The notes below the pieces were generated by a model. The model worked only from the letters and a program-made list of their open reading frames with translations. It had not been told where the DNA came from and made no database searches. From positions 11,222,001 to 11,286,000 of the forward strand of contig CM022670.1 in NCBI GenBank assembly GCA_012295275.1: a stretch of 64,000 nucleotides of DNA, given 5' to 3'. Below are positions 62,948 through 64,000 of this stretch, one piece after another; the first letter of the stretch is position 1; every line of letters begins with the position of its first letter. The position numbers were made by a program, and so were the translations under genes. Source of the DNA: Chrysomallon squamiferum. Its lineage: Eukaryota > Animalia > Mollusca.

Positions 62948-63936
62948 TTATTTTATCAACTTTATGTATATATTCATGTATACAGCTTAGAACTTTACAC
63001 TATAGCATTAACATCACTGTGACTCAAATTTATGCTCTTATGAATAAATAATAATAGGTATATATATATATATATATCAAATAAAGAGTTGGAGAAAAAC
63101 ATTAATAGGAAATAAATGAAGATCAATAAATATTTCATTCAGTTTAAGGATCTTGACATGCTTATGAACTTTATTTCTATATTTCTTCTCTTTACTTTTT
63201 CTTCTTATTCTTTTATTTAAAAAAAGAAAAGAAAAAGAATATTACTTGATGTTTTGAACATACCTTTGCTATCATCTCATTATATTCCTTGTTTCTTTGA
63301 GCAATAAGCAAAAGCTTTCTGTTTTCCTGTTGTGTGTTACTAAAAGCAAGACCTGGGAACTCTGTAGTAGTTTCTTTTGATGTCTGAAAGGTTAATGAAA
63401 ACTACCTAAACTACAGTATTATTATTATTATTATTCCATCTACAAAAAAATAATAAAAATAAATAAATAATAGAAAAAAGAAAGAAAGAAGAAAAATTCC
63501 AAACAACGATAAATAAAAAATACCATTTTTCAACAACATTTACTTAAAACAATTTTGAAATGTACTGGCTGATTTACTTTCTGAAAATCATTCATAATTT
63601 TAATCAAAATATTTTTAGTTTGTATTGTGTTAAAAAAAAAAATTAAATCATTTTAATCTACAGATTTGTTAATAAGATTAAGTGTTAATAACCTTAAAGT
63701 ATACATAATCAGAAGAAGGAATTTAAAAAAAACCAAAAAAACACATTAATAAAAAATTGTAATTAAACTTACTAAAGACAGAAACAAAATCTTCAAAAGA
63801 TGATTCTTGAAATGTAAATTCTATTAAAAATTTTAAATTTCTACCTCTTCTGCAAGTTGACTGTTGACACCACTTTTGTCCCATGTCTTCCGTTTTTCTT
63901 TCTGCGCATGCTCTTCGGTTTTTCATACCTATTATC
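21923..63936 (-). CDS. CSPP1: Centrosome and spindle pole associated protein 1 orthologue, about 48 coding exons, probably 5'-incomplete
   Basis: Hand-assembled GT-AG exons from 63383 to 21923 give one open frame of 4788 nt. It contains motifs I recognise from CSPP1: YNPFGKGGGGAPMRDNRGN, YEDILNEKRAEEARYR, QKEQYRMELEKQM, PPSPPVPA, LEAQQAALLREQEKTL, LKSNSAFI, SVSSLDVDQIAKRNEKRL, DPDDLI and DDSWLQ near the stop. Confidence 0.9.
23832..23901 (-). CDS. CSPP1: CSPP1 penultimate exon (DDVSMNDPDDLIDHFLKKQTHNR)
   Basis: 70 nt, cag/gtaagt, phase 1 to 2. Confidence 0.88.
24171..24377 (-). CDS. CSPP1: CSPP1 exon (MDGLGPVFPED...SARARRR...SVSSLDVDQIAKRNEKRLKNLKDLQ)
   Basis: 207 nt, phase 1-1; conserved C-terminal block. 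Confidence 0.9.
25057..25140 (-). CDS. CSPP1: CSPP1 exon (AYDHSMGRGRPGSDSAQSMLKSNSAFI)
   Basis: 84 nt, phase 1-1; LxSxSAFI motif. Confidence 0.87.
25185..25770. repeat. Degenerate ~30-bp minisatellite, roughly 20 copies, filling a CSPP1 intron
   Basis: Repeated GTGTGTTTTAAAGA[CT]TGATGAAGC(A/T)TAAC units, most homogeneous at about 25290-25430. Confidence 0.88.
25785..25916 (-). CDS. CSPP1: CSPP1 exon (NTDSRHEFLRQYPQGPITSDALEAQQAALLREQEKTLRMLKEK)
   Basis: 132 nt, phase 1-1; LExQQxALLREQ motif. Confidence 0.88.
26442..26566 (-). CDS. CSPP1: CSPP1 exon (RQNVDVFEMARNRDAVSVKR...HDFERLKQ)
   Basis: 125 nt, phase 2 to 1; DVFxMAR motif. Confidence 0.87.
27161..27216 (-). CDS. CSPP1: CSPP1 exon (REPDVFDPRLAQRPPPAPT)
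   Basis: 56 nt, tag/gtaagt, phase 0 to 2. Confidence 0.85.
27566..27654 (-). CDS. CSPP1: CSPP1 exon (ADVLNHLAQLKSQLQAERNRVETMLDQNE)
   Basis: 89 nt, phase 1 to 0. Confidence 0.87.
28384..28411 (-). CDS. CSPP1: CSPP1 28-nt exon (SNTQSYRAQS)
   Basis: tttcag/gtaagt, phase 0 to 1; needed to keep the frame into exon 27654. Confidence 0.72.
28719..28751 (-). CDS. CSPP1: CSPP1 short exon (IDRTPPRSRPQ)
   Basis: 33 nt GC-rich island, tag/gtgtgt, phase 0-0. Confidence 0.7.
29750..29806 (-). CDS. CSPP1: CSPP1 exon (TSDSYKPPPSPPVPAVKKQ)
   Basis: 57 nt, cag acceptor, weak gttgag donor, phase 0-0. Confidence 0.78.
30833..30895 (-). CDS. CSPP1: CSPP1 exon (ASKQPKPPASPPVPAVKTKAA)
   Basis: 63 nt, cag/gttagt, phase 0-0. 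Confidence 0.83.
31906..32043 (-). CDS. CSPP1: CSPP1 exon, coiled coil (ARRQQEEHARMAEERRRE...QERMEREA)
   Basis: 138 nt, cag/gtgagt, phase 0-0. Confidence 0.88.
32471..32669. repeat. 50-bp minisatellite, about 4 copies
   Basis: AATGAAACATGGTAAGAGTCACAAACTAATGACTGTTATTTATAATCAGA-like units at 32481, 32531, 32581, 32631. Confidence 0.92.
32693..32842 (-). CDS. CSPP1: CSPP1 exon, coiled coil (IEEKKMQ...RRIREKEEL)
   Basis: 150 nt, cag/gtgagt, phase 0-0. Confidence 0.88.
33357..33410 (-). CDS. CSPP1: CSPP1 exon (TEAEKSEADRYKDDLQRQ)
   Basis: 54 nt, phase 0-0. Confidence 0.87.
33899..34101 (-). CDS. CSPP1: CSPP1 exon (DLRTVLKDNSRG...THARGGHGIFGQPK)
   Basis: 203 nt, phase 1 to 0. Confidence 0.88.
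34540..34637 (-). CDS. CSPP1: CSPP1 exon (YDRKFEEEAKNYNPFGKGGGGAPMRDNRGNVV)
   Basis: 98 nt, phase 2 to 1; hallmark YNP(W/F)GKGGGGAP motif. Confidence 0.93.
34928..34977 (-). CDS. CSPP1: CSPP1 exon (MEEVRRKKEQEKLEKEM)
   Basis: 50 nt, phase 0 to 2. Confidence 0.83.
35473..35611 (-). CDS. CSPP1: CSPP1 exon (DGGNFI-polyGly-AVGPLPDSSNENDSKKAKQQQYQAELRKQ)
   Basis: 139 nt, phase 2 to 0. Confidence 0.85.
35697..36146. repeat. 32-bp minisatellite, 14 copies (CCTGTTATCAAATCTAAC[AT]GAT[TG]AAATGTATA)
   Basis: Unit starts at 35713, 35745, 35777 and so on every 32 bp up to 36129; few substitutions. Confidence 0.95.
36130..36226 (-). CDS. CSPP1: CSPP1 exon (PSVTAQPAAYAQAAPVPMASAAAPSRVRFDNR); its 3' end is the first unit of a minisatellite
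   Basis: 97 nt, phase 1 to 2, donor AG|gtatac at 36128-36129. Confidence 0.78.
36531..36622 (-). CDS. CSPP1: CSPP1 exon (PYLSGGTGYTSLDEQYHYLGSMHPLSADIA)
   Basis: 92 nt, phase 2 to 1. Confidence 0.8.
36951..37178 (-). CDS. CSPP1: CSPP1 exon (PRSEYVLGRRKY...LLEPPKHLSVQPPPQLKYEP)
   Basis: 228 nt open, tag/gtgagt, phase 2-2. Confidence 0.83.
37501..37710 (-). CDS. CSPP1: CSPP1 exon (ERNEDLQISASAVNDPVKR...LANYDQI)
   Basis: 210 nt, phase 2-2; inside ORF 37497..37763. Confidence 0.85.
38112..38208 (-). CDS. CSPP1: CSPP1 exon (RDRQASAVQRQKEQYRMELEKQMKETQEMKRR)
   Basis: 97 nt, phase 1 to 2; conserved KEKYRxELxxQM motif. Confidence 0.88.
41376..41393 (-). CDS. CSPP1: CSPP1 candidate 18-nt microexon (QIGSA)
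   Basis: atttcag GCCAGATTGGATCTGCTG gtatgt; phase 1-1, frame-preserving. Confidence 0.5.
42101..42182 (-). CDS. CSPP1: CSPP1 exon (TEPPRRPTPRREPARANNAEYYATLPIG)
   Basis: 82 nt, cag/gtaaga, phase 0 to 1. Confidence 0.83.
42653..42715 (-). CDS. CSPP1: CSPP1 exon (DDLDQVLTSRHQTNAADVVPK)
   Basis: 63 nt, tag/gtagaa, phase 0-0. Confidence 0.7.
43215..43250. repeat. (GT)n microsatellite
   Basis: Read directly. Confidence 0.9.
43660..44050. repeat. Degenerate tandem repeat (TTACATTATTTGACTAG / TTTAATATAAGACTTACA motifs)
   Basis: Motifs recur several times with irregular spacing. Confidence 0.6.
44175..44213 (-). CDS. CSPP1: CSPP1 short exon (QLSRLQDYSNSPK), NAGNAG acceptor
   Basis: 39 or 36 nt, aagCAG acceptor, gtgagc donor, phase 0-0. 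Confidence 0.6.
45335..45437 (-). CDS. CSPP1: CSPP1 exon (KQMFQADRVQNNVLENPNWLSPRPLARDTDYPVL)
   Basis: 103 nt, tag/gtaact, phase 2 to 0. Confidence 0.8.
46164..46207 (-). CDS. CSPP1: CSPP1 exon (ADKRLEKLDREFES)
   Basis: 44 nt, cag/gtaagt, phase 0 to 2. Confidence 0.8.
47905..47980 (-). CDS. CSPP1: CSPP1 exon (RYDDPEYIRPGLRQYSSEGALHRLE)
   Basis: 76 nt, phase 2 to 0. Confidence 0.83.
48353..48456 (-). CDS. CSPP1: CSPP1 exon (RYLPSEIVDGPRKGWSTPTYEDILNEKRAEEARYR)
   Basis: 104 nt, tag/gtgagt, phase 0 to 2; conserved YE.LL..RR.EE.RYR motif. Confidence 0.87.
50768..50848 (-). CDS. CSPP1: CSPP1 exon (YRVKRLERNLGYNDFLRQKAYCECPAN)
   Basis: 81 nt, tag/gtaagt, phase 0-0, ERNxxYNxFL motif. Confidence 0.68.
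50936..50970. repeat. (AG)n microsatellite
   Basis: Read directly. Confidence 0.9.
51541..51603 (-). CDS. CSPP1: CSPP1 exon (RLFDRNQCTSLPGLNYDQSKY)
   Basis: 63 nt, cag/gtgagt, phase 0-0, SLPGL motif. Confidence 0.72.
51905..51970 (-). CDS. CSPP1: CSPP1 exon (KHGYEWNPLMKYSREPHSPEAL)
   Basis: 66 nt, cag/gtatgc, phase 0-0. Confidence 0.68.
52388..52468 (-). CDS. CSPP1: CSPP1 exon (LHQGKQRNEEYNRYLAEKDEKIRPHSD)
   Basis: 81 nt, tag/gtaagt, phase 0-0, RNEEYN motif. Confidence 0.83.
54986..55084 (-). CDS. CSPP1: CSPP1 exon (DYYERPRSNPTRHSWSKPWYERTHSYMDLKPYS)
   Basis: 99 nt, cag/gtgagt, phase 0-0. Confidence 0.72.
55451..55534 (-). CDS. CSPP1: CSPP1 exon (KNSHNRYVKQDSENQMASIPGLGVRDHQ)
   Basis: 84 nt, cag/gttaga, phase 0-0. 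Confidence 0.78.
55723..55863 (-). CDS. CSPP1: CSPP1 exon (PGPRGRENLPPKPPTPGGFFSKLG...LNEERRQEYNKLLAE)
   Basis: 141 nt, aag/gttggt, phase 0-0. Confidence 0.83.
57184..57297 (-). CDS. CSPP1: CSPP1 exon (SLKQSQRMQQEPSTEKVLPLDLAGSKHKNEFQHYLAEK)
   Basis: 114 nt, tag/gtgtag, phase 0-0. Confidence 0.75.
57725..57859 (-). CDS. CSPP1: CSPP1 exon (SPDMSRRKWREPTVDLGLQIGEHK...EEKRREYEQFKRDK)
   Basis: 135 nt, aag/gtgcat, phase 0-0; inside ORF 57713..57925. Confidence 0.82.
58176..58256 (-). CDS. CSPP1: CSPP1 exon (THDRSRRIWREPSEEKGLPIGMHEKMK)
   Basis: 81 nt, cag/gtagaa, phase 0-0, LPIG repeat motif. Confidence 0.82.
59255..59760. repeat. Old degenerate tandem duplication (>100-bp units)
   Basis: ATATCTTATGAA-like motifs near 59342, 59462 and 59618; ATACTTGAAGCAA-like motifs near 59263, 59543 and 59702. 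Confidence 0.55.
60350..60445 (-). CDS. CSPP1: CSPP1 exon (KQEKDREIQVDGDKLAYQEVWREFHGGKAGAK)
   Basis: 96 nt using the CAG acceptor 8 nt downstream of a TAG; gtataa donor. Confidence 0.6.
61026..61259 (-). CDS. CSPP1: CSPP1 exon (PRNGYTKHEPGPSIEELLERLKQ...PPHQQQLLE)
   Basis: 234 nt, tag/gtatgc, phase 0-0; overlaps ORF 60912..61166. Confidence 0.8.
62344..62505 (-). CDS. CSPP1: CSPP1 exon (QKAEHDKLL...PTEKQYKQ)
   Basis: 162 nt, cag/gtatgg, open, phase 0-0. Confidence 0.75.
62714..62845 (-). CDS. CSPP1: CSPP1 exon (KKANEKRR...EDYEKAQRLLRYKKQQEYKKMLDE)
   Basis: 132 nt, tag/gtgagt, phase 0-0. Confidence 0.82.
63264..63383 (-). CDS. CSPP1: CSPP1 exon (TSKETTTEFPGLAFSNTQQENRKLLLIAQRNKEYNEMIAK)
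   Basis: 120 nt, cag/gtatgt, phase 0-0, RNKEYN repeat motif. Confidence 0.82.
63845..63936 (-). CDS. CSPP1: CSPP1 exon, candidate with an apparent 1-nt frameshift (DNRYEK/TEEHAQKEKRKTWDKSGVNSQLAEE)
   Basis: tttag acceptor, gtagaa donor; 92 nt, and open as phase 0-0 only if the A5 run near 63919-63923 is A6. Confidence 0.5.
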
Positions 63937-64000
63937 CTAAACAATAGCAAGCACGCTATACAACGCCGGACAACAATGCACAAGTATTTTTTTTTTACAA

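Overview
Very AT-rich, microsatellite-dense eukaryotic (animal, probably mollusc/lophotrochozoan; inferred, not proven) genomic DNA. Nearly all ORFs in the supplied track are spurious or only partly overlap exons. Reading GT-AG splice sites by hand on the minus strand gives two genes. (1) The first three coding exons of an F-BAR/double-SH3 gene of the FCHSD1/2 / nervous wreck family (15550 to 6694, running off the left edge). (2) About 48 coding exons of a CSPP1 (centrosome and spindle pole associated protein 1) orthologue, from 63936 to the stop at 21923. From exon 63383 onward they join into one frame of about 1,595 aa; the 5' end is probably outside the window. The CpG-richer intergenic region holds a Tc1/mariner-type deletion derivative with a hAT-type MITE nested inside it. 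The most unusual observations are: a 14 x 32-bp minisatellite built from a CSPP1 exon end plus its 5' splice site; 15 consecutive phase-0 exons encoding an expanded CSPP1 N-terminal repeat; and four upstream ATGs before the FCHSD start. I found no support for a wholly new biological system, CRISPR array or intact RNA gene.
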